From contig NC_083288.1 in the NCBI RefSeq assembly GCF_963506605.1, positions 30,070,001-30,134,000 on the forward strand: a DNA stretch of 64,000 nucleotides, written 5' to 3'. The notes below the pieces were generated by a model, which made no database searches, had not been told where the DNA came from, and worked only from the letters and a program-made list of their open reading frames with translations. The translations under genes and the position numbers were made by a program. This document shows positions 22,574-35,702 of this stretch, one piece after another. Source of the stretch: Zootoca vivipara (taxonomy: Eukaryota). Positions within the stretch are counted from its first letter, which is position 1. Every line of letters begins with the position of its first letter.

Positions 22574-23521
22574 TTATAGAATTCTGGATATAGTTTTAGA
22601 AGAATGCCGCACATCTAAGAGTTTCCATAAGGTGGTCTTGATCTCTTTGTTTCTCATGCTGTAGATGAATGGATTCAATGTGGGAGGAATTATGGAGTAC
22701 ACCACAGCAAAAGCTATATCTAGATCAGAAAAAGCTTCACTGGGAGGCCTTGTATGAGCAAACAATCCAGTAAACATGAACAAAGAGACAACAGTGAGGT
22801 GGGGGAGGCAAGTGGAAAGCGCTTTTTTCTTACCATGGACAGAAGGGATTTTGCGCACTGTAGAAAAGATCTCCATGTATGTTACGATGATGAAAATGAA
22901 ACAACCAAGTGCTATACTAAAGCTTAGCACAATAACTCATACTTCCACTAAGTAAAAGTTGGAACACGAGAGCTTCAATAACTTTGGGATTTCACAGAAG
23001 AATTGATTGACAGCATTAGAACAAAACGTGTTGGCAAAGGTGCTCCCAGTATGTAATATGGCATAAAGAAGGCTAAAAATCCACACAATGGCTACCATTC
23101 GAATGCAGGCTCCTTTGTGCATAATTGTCTCATAGTGGAGTGGGTTGCAAATGGCCACATATCGGTCATGTGCCATTATAGTTAGCAGAGCATAGTCAGA
23201 TGCTCCAAATAAGACATAAAAGAAAACTTGAGCAACACATCCAAAATATGAAATAAATCTGCAATTTAGGAGAGAAATCGCCATTGATTTGGGTACCAGG
23301 ACTGAAACTGTTCCAAGGTCCATGATGGCCAAATTCAGTAGAAAGAAATACATGGGTGTGTGAAGATGATGATCAAAAGCAATAGCAGTAGCAATAAGAA
23401 GATTCCCTATTATTGCTGTTAAGTACAATACCAGAAATACAAAGAAGTGTAAGATTTGCAGATCTCGAACGTCTGAAAATTCCAGCAGCAGAAAGGCAGA
23501 CATGGATGTAAGATTGTGCAT
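22574..23521 (-). pseudogene. Olfactory receptor, family-14-like (OR-A1), single premature stop
   Basis: MHNLT... with LHTPMYFFL, MAHDRYVAIC, STCLPHL and PPTLNPFIYSMRN. In-frame TGA at 22937-22939 where paralog A2 has GGA. Confidence 0.9.
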
Positions 23522-23721
23522 ATTGTTCACATGCTGCCTGTACAAGGAAGAAATCAAGAATTGGTAACATATAAATATTGATTAACCAGTTTGATTTAAA
23601 CAGAGCTCCTTTAATTTAACATTCAATGGTATCTCATTTTCTTTGTTTAATTCCTGTTGGGAAAACAATATGATGGTTCTTTGTCCACTCACTATGTACA
23701 CTTATTCCCCTTCTACACCTT

Positions 23722-24464
23722 TTGTAAAGCCTCTTCTCATCCCCGAGGGGAGGGGTTGCGAGCTGGTCTCACTTCCCACGCTTCGCAGGGGGTCTGGATA
23801 GGCCACTGTGTCACAGAGTCCCTGGCCTGTGTCATGCCCGCAGTCAGCCAATACGGCTGGCTGGGGGGGGGGCGTGGTTTGCCGCTCTTAAACGAGCGCA
23901 GGACTGTGGCTCAGTCTGTTTGTTTCCTGGACACATGGATCTCCCTCCCTCCCTCTTATTTTCATGCATTCAACACCTGACCTTGCTATGGACCTCGTTT
24001 GGTCACCTGTTGAAGGGGCCTGGTAGGATTTTTTCCCCCACTTGGCAGATTGGTACCAGCCATTTGGTTTTCCGCCTACCTTGTAGCAAATCGAGACAAC
24101 ATTGTAAGGTTTGGTGGTTAGGCATTGGAAAATGCATTGTGTGTTGGAGGGGAGATATTGGCCATCACCTACCCCTCCCCTTGAATGGTATTCCGTTAAA
24201 GGAATCCAGTGGTGGTGACTCTAGGAGAAAGCTTCTGGTTAACTTGCATCAACAAGCTCCCCCTACAGCTTGTTAACCCTTGTGTAACTTCCTGCAGAGC
24301 AGGCAGGAGTCAAATATAGTCGGTTCGGATCCAATGCCTAAGCCAACACCACTCACCTTATGTAACCAATAAAGTTGTGGCCTTTTTTACCTCATTAACC
24401 TAAAATGCTTGTGCCAATTTGTTTTATTTTAGCATAAAGTGGGGGACGGGGCCCTCGACTCACA
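23722..24464 (+). mobile_element. LTR-like element upstream of OR-A1 (paralog 30811-31405)
   Basis: AATAAAGTTGTGGCC; ends ...actcaca. Confidence 0.45.
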
Positions 24465-25781
24465 ATTGTTTGCATTGCAACTTGATTCTATATCCCTCAA
24501 GCCATCCCTTGGCATCTGTGCATTAGATGGAACATCAGATAGAGAAGCTACTTACACACCCTTCTATGTGTTGCATAGGGGCTCACTACTCAGTTTTGGG
24601 TCCTAATTATGCAGGTTTTTGCAGCAGCTGGAGGACAACATGCACACATACACATATAGCTTGTACCCCCCCCCCCTTTAATCCACATTTCCCACAGATC
24701 TCTAGCAAAATCTGCAAAAAAATAACCCATTGTTCATCTGCAGTCACTGTAGCATTTATTTGAGCAAGCACTGAGCAAAAGCTAGATAGAACAGAGAGCA
24801 AACAGCAGCAAAGTACTGAGAGCACAGAGGTGGATTTGTGCTATGTGACCTGCCTCTTTGCTAATCTGCTACCTTCATATGTGGTTTAAGATGCTGTCCT
24901 ATATCTAGTCTTTAAGAAGGGAATGGAGTGTGGGGAGGAAGTCATCCTTCATCTCAGCCAGCAAAAGGTCTTAGATCAACCCTGACTGGCTTATCTGAGT
25001 TTCTCTTGCCAAAAGCAACAAAAAAGGGGGTGAAAGAATAACAGCCCAAGAGCAATGTTGGGGGAGAAATAGGGAATGATGAATATCAATATGAAAATAA
25101 TAGATTTATGACCATAGGTTGCTTTATATTCACTGTTCAAAAATTAAAACTTACATTGGCTCTTTAAGAACAGCTGTGGTTCTTTGTGGGTAGGTGAAGT
25201 TATCCGGCTGGATTTCCCCAGCCACTCTGGGCGGCTTCCAACAAAGATTAAAATACATTAAAATGTCACACATTAAAAATTTCCCTAAACAGCTATTGAT
25301 CATTACTAGTCATCCATTCACAGAGTCATCTGAAAATTCTTCCAGGAGGTGACAATACATCCTAAACAGGTTGCCATATTTCCCCACTGGACAATTATTC
25401 AAGAATAGACTGTACTTTACAATGTACACTCACTTTCAACAAACATTTTAAAGAACTGCCTAGTGAACAGCAATCTTTTCCTCCATACAATTCCCCAATT
25501 ATTGACAGTACATTAATATTGTTAACTCTGACCAGTCATACCTGTCTTAAATCTAGATTTAACATGCTGAATAGCTTATTGTCTTTCCCAGATCCAGTTC
25601 CAAATAAATTTTGGGGGGTAGGCTACTTCAATTAGGGTTTTAAAAATTAAAATAAATTAACAAGTTAGACATTCTGTAAAGTAGAACAGTGTAAGGATCT
25701 CTGTGTCATTATTCTTATACATGAGAGTACTTGTAACTCAATAGACCTCGGCCAATAAAATGAGATGAGCGCTGCTACCTT

Positions 25782-26040
25782 ATTTCCCTCCAGCTGCATT
25801 GGGGTACAAAGTACTGAAAATTGAAAGTCTATGCATTTCCCAACCAAATACCTTTAACTTTCCTGTGGCTCTTCTGTATGCAGAAGAAGCAACTGATTTT
25901 TACCTTTAATAGCCACTAAATGTTGCATCAGCTAACGACAACAGACATGGGAAGGTGTGTTATTTTAAGTCTGTTTTGCCATCTTGGGATCTTACTCCCA
26001 AGAGTGCAGCAGAACTGATCGGAAAACATTGTTTACATTC
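25782..26040. promoter_or_regulatory. Conserved element copy 3 (core 25982-26003), 2.5 kb upstream of OR-A1
   Basis: Exact core. Confidence 0.5.
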
Positions 26041-26525
26041 CTCAGATGGATCTTGTAGCATAGAAATACAATCAATCAAATCAAAATATCACAATTGCTT
26101 CCATGTTTCAATTTATTATTGACTTGGTACTGGCCATGCTTCCTTGGAAATTGGAAATGTGTTGTTTTATAATATCCGCACAATGTTGTCCTCATAAAAA
26201 GGAGGGCTGCACTTTTCCCTCCTATAATATTTCTGTGGTAAAATCTGCTAAAACATTTTTTTAAGAATACCCACCATACATATGCCTCTCTTGCCTCATC
26301 CCTGCTCCCTATCTCTTGGGAATTGGCAAATGACCCTGCCCGATTGAAAAAGTAGCAAGACAGCCAGACCAGGACTCCAGGAGGCAAAATTCATGTGCAT
26401 GCATTGGGCTTCTCCTGTGACACATGTGCCTCTACTACTGCATTGCAGCATTTCTTTGAATCCTAGCTGGAAGAGTGAGCAAGCAGCAGTGAAGTATAAG
26501 AAGACAGAGCTAGATTTGTGCTATG

Positions 26526-26780
26526 GCCATGGGCGTAGGCAGGGGGGCAGGAGGGGGCAATTGCCCCCCCTAGAAGCAGGGCCGCTGGCCAGCCTGCCCC
26601 GCTGCCCGCCCGGTGCCATCTCCCTTCTCCCTGGCTTGCTGTGCAGCGGGCGGAGGGAAAGCCAGGCAACCACTTTGCGTGGCTCTGGGGCTTTCCCTCC
26701 ACCTGCCCCGGCGATTGCAGAGGGGGAGGAGGGGATCGGAGCATCCCGATTTCGGGCTGATCCTGGCTCCCCCTTGCCCC
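26526..26780. mobile_element. One-ended GC-rich hAT-like DNA element
   Basis: Starts catgggcgtaggcagggggg...gcaattgccccc; lies at a deletion junction. Confidence 0.5.
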
Positions 26781-26822
26781 TTTCACAGAAGTACCACCAC
26801 AGACTCTGCATGAAGAGCTTCT
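26781..26822 (+). pseudogene. V2R exon-1 3' relic in the duplicated unit (intron-1 homology continues to 27325)
   Basis: tttcacagaagtaccaccacagactctgcatgaagagcttct|gtaagg is identical to 3960-4007. Confidence 0.85.
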
Positions 26823-27324
26823 GTAAGGAGTTTGTTTTTAATGCATTATTCTTTCTGTCACTTGAGTGATGTGTTTTGGGAGCTGCGATGACCTGAGTTT
26901 GTCTCACTTTTAATAGGTTTCACTGTGGGACCTCTACTAATATTGTTTGCAGCACCAGGCACTCAGTTAGCTGCAATGCAGAAGTACTCCCACTTTCATA
27001 TGGTTTGCTTATTTAATCTTTATATAGGACCACTAAGAAAAGTTTTGCCTCAATAAATTGCCTATTTAAATGCTCTAGTAATGACGATGGTGATCATCTT
27101 AGAAGATGCTGTACACAGGTGAGGGGAAATGTTCAGCCAAGGTCTGTATTCACCCTTCGCCTCTAGAGTCACATGCCAGCATCTCTAAAATCTCTTGTAT
27201 ACAACATTTACATGTACTATACACAAAACGCACACAAAACACACATGCATACACATACCCCTCTTCATTGGGGAGATGCCACCTGTAAGAGATGGTTAAA
27301 ACTCCCAGGAATGGAGATATGTGG

Positions 27325-27735
27325 ACCCGTGTTCAGAGTGTGACTGGAAATGAAAAAAGTGGCCAGCACCTCCAGATTTATATCAAAATAATAGAAAACT
27401 ACTCAACCCCCTTAATCATTTTGACATACCTTTATATTTAAGAATTAGTTAACCCTCTAACTGCTTTAGGGTTCAATTTTCTGATGATATGAGAGGCCCT
27501 GCATTTCCCCAGCCAATCACTTTGCCTTTGTTGTGTTCCTTACTATGGAATATGTTACTGAATTTTTTTCCTTTATAAAGATTGCCGATGTTACAATAAA
27601 ATTCACCTAATGTTGCATCAACTAATAGGGACAGCACACTTGGGAAAGTGATTTATTCTGAGTTTCTTTTGCCATCTTGGGATCTTACTCTCAAGAGTGT
27701 AGCATTGCTGATCTGAAAACCTTGTTTAAACTCAT
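27325..27735. promoter_or_regulatory. Conserved element copy 4 (core 27675-27696, 1 mismatch)
   Basis: Duplicate of copy 2. Confidence 0.4.
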
Positions 27736-29661
27736 CAAAGTAATGTTTCTTCTTCCATGTTAGTTGCAGATGAAAAGAAATAACATCTACAATATGTTCC
27801 TACACTATGTTTCTACAACATCTACAACATGTTCCTCAATGCATGAAGGGAATTTATGACTAGCATTATTTCAGATTCGTTTGATTATATTGTGCGGACA
27901 GGCGGAGTCCCCCCAACCCCAGGTGACCCCTGAGCAGAAAAATGACTCAAGACAACATGTTATGGGATTAAAATTGGCCACAACTTTATTAAGATTCAGA
28001 TGTAGGAAGACCTTGGCTCAGACATTGGGCATTATGCTTCCCCAGTCCCCAGCCAGGGTTCTGGGAGGCTTTGGGGTTATCCAGAATGTATGGGGTGTTG
28101 GGCTGGCTCCTGTTCGCTGCCGCTGGAAGGGGGAAAGCATGGACAACCACTTGGTGTATGGGCCATTGCCTCCCCCCAAGACCCCTTTAATCGAGGGGGG
28201 GGACCCTGATCTTTATGCCGCAAAGGAGGTAAGGTCACCGCATCACACCCCTCCCCTTTAGGAAGATAGCCAAAAGGAATTTGCCCAAGGCCTGAAACAG
28301 CCACAGTATTGCTGTATTGCTACAGGAAAGGCAATGCAGGAATATTCCTTTCCGGCCCTTTCGACAGCGACCCTGCCGTAGCAGTGCCCATGCACTCATG
28401 GGAGAAAAGGTTAACCTGCAAAAGAAAACTTCAATTAGGGTGTGGAGGGTGGGAGAAGCTCTGGAGTCTACTGCTGCTTGCAGGAAAGATTCAAATCCTA
28501 TTGTGTGAGCTGGACAGTCCCTCCCCCTTACCTGGCCTGTCCCCTGGCAACACCTCCCCAGGCAGGATTGGACAATGGGCTGCGGTAGGCGGAGACCCCA
28601 GAGAGCCTGCCTGGAGAGGTGGTGACCAGATCTGAACTACCAGGTAGCCGCTCTGTGGTCCAAGGGGCTGCCCACGACCACACAAAAATTGCCCCCCGTA
28701 TAGTGCGGGGAGCAGTCATACAAATATTGTTGCCATTTCTAGATAAAGATAGACTTCCATAGCAATCCATGTTGTGGTTAACTCCTGGTCGAATCATATA
28801 TTGGATTATACATAGGACTGCCCAGGAATATGACCTAGGAGCCTCAGTTAGTGCAGAACTTGGCTGCCAGAATTTATAAGAGGATGGTACAGAAACCTAC
28901 CTTTGAATTCCCACTTCCCATATCATTCTCTCGACCCCAAAAGAATTTTGATGACAGCCTGTTGCCAAGTGCTACCTAAATGGAGGTGCATTTTGTATTC
29001 CGTAAAAAGAGAGGATGCAATAAAGAGATATTTCCCAGAAACTTGGTTTGTTGAGGTCTCCTAACAGCTCTCATATTGTTCAGTAAATCAGACTTTCCAG
29101 GATTCTGTGGAGGAAAGCCATGGGTCTTGAAGGGTGTTAAGAGTGCTTTAAATGTATGGTGTGAATGAGATGATACTATTGCCCCCACCTCTGGGAACAA
29201 GGCCCAATTTAAGAAGGTGAACAAAGTGAACAAGAAAATGTTCTGGGATTTTTTTAAAAAAATGGCCACAACTTTATTGATTTCAGATGTAGGTAGGATT
29301 TAGCATAGGCATTAGACATATATCCCTCTCAGCCCCCTGTTGGAGGACTAAGGCTTGAAGGGGTCGTTCATGTGATATATGGCTCCATCACAAGAGTCAT
29401 GCAGAATAAAATTGACGCATTAGGGAGAATTTGTGTCAAAGTTGCCTGAAATGCATAGAGCCATTGTTCCATTTTGCTCTGTATTATATGCACGAACTTC
29501 CAGGGGCTCTCTGGGCCTTCAGACAGGTTGTCATTCCTGCCCTGCTCGGAGATGCCAAGTTTTAAACTAGGAGCTGACTTCATGCAAAACAGATATTCCA
29601 CAACAGATAATAGGGGAAAATTCAAATACAGAAGGTGATCGTAAAGCACCCACATCCCTTC

Positions 29662-30609
29662 TTATATAATTCTGGATATAGTTTTAGAAGAATGCCACAC
29701 ATCTAAGAGTTTCCATAAGGCGGTCTTGATCTCTTTGTTTCTCATGCTGTAGATGAATGGATTCAATGTGGGAGGAATTATGGAGTACACCACAGCAAAA
29801 GCTATATCTAGATCAGAAGAAGCTTCACTGGGAGGCCTTGTATAAGCAAACACTCCAGTGAACAGTAAGACAGAGACAACAGTGAGGTGAGGGAGGCAAG
29901 TGGAAAGCGCTTTTTTCTTACCATGGACAGAAGGGATTTTGCGCACTGTAGAAAAGATCTTCATGTAAGTTATGATGATGAAAACGAAACATCCAAATCC
30001 TATACTACAGCTTAGCACAATAACTCCAACTTCCACTAAGTAAAAGTTAGAACAGGAGAGCTTCAATAACTTTGGGATTTCACAGAATAATTGATTCACA
30101 GCATTAGAACAAAACGTGTTGGCAAAGGTGATCCCAGTATGTAATGTGGCATAAAGAAGACCTACAATCCACACAATGGCTACCATTCGAATGCAGGCTC
30201 CTTTGTGCATAATTGTCTCATAGTGGAGTGGGTTGCAAATGGCCACATATCGGTCATGTGCCATTATAGTTAGCAGAGCATAGTCAGATGCTCCAAATAA
30301 GAGATGAAAGAAAACTTGAGCAACACATCCAAAATACGAAATAAATCTGCAATTTAGGAGAGAAATCGCCATTGATTTGGGTACCAGGACTGAAACTGTT
30401 CCAAGGTCCATGATGGCCAAATTCAGTAGAAAGAAATACATGGGTGTGTGAAGATGATGATCAAGAGCAATAGCAGTAGCAATAAGAAGATTCCCTATTA
30501 TTGCCGTTAAGTACAATACCAGAAATACAAAGAAGTGTAAGATTTGCAGATCTCGAACGTCTGAAAATTCCAGCAGCAGAAAGGCAGACATGGATGTAAG
30601 ATTGTGCAT
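29662..30609 (-). CDS. Olfactory receptor, family-14-like (OR-A2), intact 315 aa
   Basis: Complete ORF from MHNLTS with all OR motifs; splice acceptor (ccttgtacag) just upstream at 30626. Confidence 0.95.
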   Translation of the reverse strand: MHNLTSMSAFLLLEFSDVRDLQILHFFVFLVLYLTAIIGNLLIATAIALDHHLHTPMYFFLLNLAIMDLGTVSVLVPKSMAISLLNCRFISYFGCVAQVFFHLLFGASDYALLTIMAHDRYVAICNPLHYETIMHKGACIRMVAIVWIVGLLYATLHTGITFANTFCSNAVNQLFCEIPKLLKLSCSNFYLVEVGVIVLSCSIGFGCFVFIIITYMKIFSTVRKIPSVHGKKKALSTCLPHLTVVSVLLFTGVFAYTRPPSEASSDLDIAFAVVYSIIPPTLNPFIYSMRNKEIKTALWKLLDVWHSSKTISRII

Positions 30610-32679
30610 TTTCTTCACATGCTGCCTGTACAAGGAAGAAATCAAGAATTGGTAACATATAAATATTGATTAACCAGTTTGATTTAAACAGAGCTCCTTT
30701 AATTTAACATTCAAATGCATCTCATTTTCCTTTGTTTAATTCCCGTTGGGAAAACAATATGATGGTTCTTTGTCCACTCACTATGTCTGCTCATTCCCCT
30801 TCTACACCTTTTGCAAAGCCTCTCATCTTCCCCGAGGGGAGGGGTTGTGAGTGGATCTCGCTTCCCACGCTTCGCAGGGGGTCTGGATAGGCCACTGTGT
30901 CAGAGAGTCCCTGGCCTGTGTCATGCCCGCAGTCAGCCAATACGGCTGGCTGGGGGGGGGGCGTGGTTAAATGAGTGCAGGACTGTGGCTCAGCCTGTTT
31001 GTTTCCTGGACACATGGATATCCCTCCCTTCCTCCCTCCCTCTTATTTTCATGCATTCAACACCTGACCTTGAAGGGTATTCCGTTAAAGAAATCCGGTG
31101 GTCATGGTTCCTGTCTGATGCCCAGGTGGTGGCGACGGCCATGGCTCGGCCCTCTGGTGACTCTAGGAGAAAGCTTCCAGTTGATTTGCATCAACCAGCT
31201 CCTCCTACAGGTTGTTAACCCTTGTGTGACTTCCTGCAGAGCAGGCAGGAGTCAAATATAGTCAGTTCGGATCCAATGCCTAAGCCAACACCACTCATGT
31301 TATGTAACCAATAAAGTTGTGGCATTTTTTAGCTTATTAACCTAAAATGCTTGTGTCAATTTTTATTATTTTAGCATAAAGCAGGGGACTGGGCCTCGAC
31401 TCACAAATGTTTGCATTGCAACATGATTCTATATTCCTCAAGCCATCCCTTGGCACCTGTGCATCAGAAAGAGAAGCTACTTGCACACACTTATATGTGT
31501 TGCATAGGGGCTCACTACGCAGTTATGGGTCCTAATTATGCAGGCTTTTGCAGCAGCTGGAGAAAAACATGCATACAAAGTACACATATAGCCTGCCCCC
31601 CCCTTTAATCCACATTTTCCACAGAAGATCTCTTGCAAAATCTGCAAAAAAATAACCCATTGTTCATCTGCAGTCACTGCAGCATTTATTTGAGCAAGCA
31701 CTGAGCAAAAGCTAGATAGAACAGAGAGCAAACAGCAGCAAAGTACTAAGAGCACAGAGGTGGATTTGTGCTATGTGACCTGCCTCTTTGCTAATCTGCT
31801 ACCTTCATATGTGGTTTAAGATGCTGTCCTATTGCTAGTCTTTTAGTCTTTAAGAAGGGAATGGAGTGTGGGGAGGAAGTCATCCTTCATCTCAGCCAGC
31901 AAAAGGTCTTGGATCAACCCTGACTGGCTCATCTGGGTTTCTATTCCCAAAAGCAACAAAAAAAGTGGCGAAAGAGTAACAGCTCAAGAGCAATGTTGGG
32001 GGAGAAATAGGGAATGATGAATATCAACATGAAGAATAATAGATTTATGACCATAGGTTGCTTTGTATTCACTGTTCAAAAATTAAAACATACCTTGGCT
32101 CTTTAAGAACAGCTGCAGTTCTTTGTGAGTAGGTGAGGTTATCCGGCTGGATTTCCCCAGCCACTCTGGGCGGCTTCCAACAAAGATTAAAATACATTAA
32201 AATGTCACACATTAAAAACTTCCCTAAACAGCCGTTGATCATGACTAGTCATACATTCACAGAGTCATCTGAAAATTCTTCCAGGAGGTGACAATACATC
32301 CTAAACTGGTTGCCATATTTCCCCACTGGACAATTATTCAAGAATAGACTGTACGTTACAATGTACAGTCACTTTCAACAAACATTTTAAAGAACTGCCT
32401 AGTGAACAGCAATCTTTTCCTCCATACAATTCCCCAATTATTGACAATACATTAATATTGTTAACTCTGACCAGTCATACCTGTCTTAAATCTAGATTTA
32501 ACATGCTGAATAGCTTATTGTCTTTCCCAGATCCAGTTCCAAATAAATTTTGGGGGGTAGGCTAGTTCAATTAGTTTTTTTTAAAAAAAATAACAAGTTA
32601 GACATTTTGTAAAGTAGAACAGTGTAAGGATCTCTGTGTCATTATTCTTATACATGAGAGTACTTGTAACTCAATAGAC

Positions 32680-32766
32680 CTTGGCCAATAAAGCGAGATG
32701 AGTGCTGCTACCCCCTATTCAGTCATGGCTGGATCTAATGGTCAGGGGTTTCTTTACCTTTACCTT
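32680..32766 (+). mobile_element. 5'-truncated Sauria SINE
   Basis: SINE 3' end; TSD tacttgtaRctcaatagac. Confidence 0.7.
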
Positions 32767-32785
32767 TACTTGTAGCTCAATAGAC

Positions 32786-33160
32786 GACTGGAAATGAAAA
32801 TGGTGACCAGCATTCCTAGATTACTTCAAAGCAACAGAAAACTACTCAACCCCCCCTTTAAATCATTTTAAAATACATTTACTTGTAAGAACTAATTTCC
32901 GTCCAGCTGCATTGGGGTACAAAGTACTGAAAAATGGAAAGTCTATGCATTTTCCCAACTAAATACTTTTAACCTTCCTGTGGCACTTCTGTATGCAGAA
33001 GAAGCAACTGATTTTTACCTTTAATAGCCACTAAATGTTGCATCAGCTAACGACAACAGACATGGGAAGGTGTGTTATTTTAAATCTGTTTTTCCATCTT
33101 GGGATCTTACTCCCAAGAGTGCAGCACAGCTGATCGGAAAACACTGATTACATTCTTCAG
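32786..33160. promoter_or_regulatory. Conserved element copy 5 (core 33097-33118), 2.5 kb upstream of OR-A2
   Basis: Exact core. Confidence 0.5.
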
Positions 33161-34140
33161 ATGGATCTTGTAGCATAGAAATACAATCAATCAAATCAAA
33201 ATAACGCAATTGCTTCCATGTTTCAATTTATTATTGACTTGGTACTGGCCATGCTTCCTTGGAAATTGGAAATGTGTCTTTTTATAATATCCGCACAATG
33301 TTGTCCTCATCAAAATGCCAGTCTGCACTTTTCCCTCCTCTAATATTTCTGTGGTAAAATCTGTTAAAACATTCCGGTTTGGAATCGCAGCGGTTGGTCA
33401 CGGCGCCATAGAAGTCAGAGATTCTCTCAGCAGAGAGAGTCTCAGCGCTCTAAAGGAGGGGGACACTGTCCCAGCGAGACAGACCCCCACAAAAAACTCC
33501 AAATCGAGCATTTTGGAGGCAGACGCTTGGCAGACGTCAAGAGCGGGCTCTCCCTTTCGGAGCCCCGAGAGCTGAGGTACCACTTTAGCTAATGGGGTTT
33601 CCCGCTGCCGCTGTGCCGTGCAATTTCTGTTCTCATCATGAAGCAAAGTTCTTAACCTGAGGTACTATTTCTGGGTTAGCAGAGTCTGTAACCTGAAGCG
33701 TCTGTAACCTGAGGTACCACTGTACTGACTAACCTGATTTTTTGGATCTTTTCACCTAAGGTTCCAGAAATTCAACCATCAGCATTTTATTTATTTTTTG
33801 CCTACAAAGCATACTCTCTGCCACTGAACTGCACCATACATGAACACCCTGCTTTGGCCACCATCTGGAAGATATATTATGTTTAACAAGCTCTTCTGAA
33901 ACTGCTTTGTAATGTGAGAATTGTTTCTAGATTTTTATTCTGAGGTTACTGCCAGGAAGGCAGTAAATGCATCATCTTTTCGGTTACAGCAATGAAACCA
34001 GTTTTCTAAGAATTTTCAGTTCAATGGAACAAATGAATGTGTTTTGTGTATTAAATATTATTGCGCAAAGTTCAAGTGTCCCATTCGCAATGATATAGTT
34101 CTGCTTATCCCATAGACTATTCCAGAGTTTGCTACAGTTT
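32897..34140. repeat. Unit 3 remnant: V2R 5' and 3' flanks without the gene
   Basis: 32897-33372 matches 1-474; 33572-33910 matches 10210-10352 plus 12395-12570; 33965-34140 matches 14317-14500. Confidence 0.85.
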
Positions 34141-34740
34141 TCCTTTGAGACTGATTTTTCTCTCTCTCCTAAGTTATTTGTCTCTCTAGAAGTGATGAAC
34201 CTGTGCCCTCTAGATGTTCTGGTTCGGTTCTCATTATTCCTATCCATAGGTCATGCTATTTGGGGCATGGACTCCAACAACACATGACTGTTGTGATTTC
34301 CATTCCACCTTAAGGGTTTGCAGACATGTTACTGTTGCATGTCACATGTCTGTGTACGTACCAGCACAGATTGCTGGGAAACTGCTGTATAGCTTTTGCT
34401 TTTGCTTCTGTTGTTCTCTCTTGCAGAGAGAAGACATGTTATTCCTTTGTCTGAATAAACTGCTGCAAATATGCTTCCACACGCAATCTCAGTGCATTTT
34501 TCGTTGCATCAGACACTCTGCTAATGTGTTCCTGCTTCAGAGAAGCAGAGCCATAATCAGCGATGCTCCAGAGGACCAGCCAGCGTGTGGGCTGGAGGGC
34601 CCGGGCCAGCTGGAGTCAAGCCAGCAGGCCGTGCGATGCCCTCTGGATGTTAACAATGACTGTCCATAGGTTCCCCACCCCATAGCATGTCTTTTTCTTT
34701 TGTTTCACATCTGGAAGTAATAGGCAAAGGTAGTGCTATT

Positions 34741-35504
34741 TGCGTGCAGAGGCCATCAGACATCTCCCCTATATAACTCACATATTTTTTGTTTGAGTTT
34801 TTGGCATTAATTTTTTGGCCACAACTTTATTTAAATACAATTTTAAAATGTGAGTGTTGGCTTAGGCATTGGTTAATCTTCTGTCCCCCGCTTGGGACAG
34901 GACCAGCTCTGACTTCCCTATCCGTATAGGGAAGTCAAGTAAACACCTCATGGGAGAGAAAGTAGCTGTTTTCCAGGCACTCTCCCCTCGACCAGAAAGC
35001 AGTAGGCAAAAACCAAATGGCAACAGCCAATCAGCCAAATGGCAAAATTCCTACTGGGCCCCTGCAAAAGGCGACCCTAGAGAGGCAAAGCAATGTCAGG
35101 CTAAACCTTCAGAAAAAGTGGCGGGCGGGAGGGAGATTCAAACACTTTGCAAAAGTGAAACTGAACTGCAAGACGCTGAGAATATAATGGGCACCTCCTG
35201 TCAATCAAAAATGGCAACATACTTTCCCCCCAGCAACCAAAAAGCCCCCAATCACTCACGCTCTTACATACACTAGACCCTCCCCCACCCAGAGGAATAT
35301 CTTTTGGCCCGGCTGCAACCCTCGCTCCCCCTGATAGGAGAACACACTTTTTCTAGATAACGAGGGGCTGGAACGCATCATGAACTCACCTTTTACTCTT
35401 ATAATGGCAAAGACACTGACCTGAGAAGTGCCAGAACTCAATTCCGGCTGGGGGGGGGGGGAGCCCTAGACAAAGCACACCTCAACCACACACCTCCACA
35501 CACA
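34741..35504 (-). mobile_element. LTR-like element
   Basis: GGCCACAACTTTATT at 34817; boundaries approximate. Confidence 0.4.
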
Positions 35505-35702
35505 AAGTTTAATGGTTGAAAGGCATGGTGTATGTTTTTGTTTCAGTGATGTAGGTTGAGATACAAATTGTTTTAATTAGCTAATAATTAATAAGGAAAA
35601 TCAAAGCTATTCAGCAGTTCCAATATACATATGTAACTTTTAACTTGGAACATCAATAAACTTTGGCTAGAATTGGAGTTATGTGCTATGTCTGACAAGA
35701 GA

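Larger units (their letters stand above)
25782..32710. repeat. Segmental duplicate (unit 2) of 1-25781 with large deletions
   Basis: 25782-26525 matches 1-749; 26781-27325 matches 3960-4521; 27325-29170 matches 17371-19210; 29160-32710 matches 22050-25780. Confidence 0.9.
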
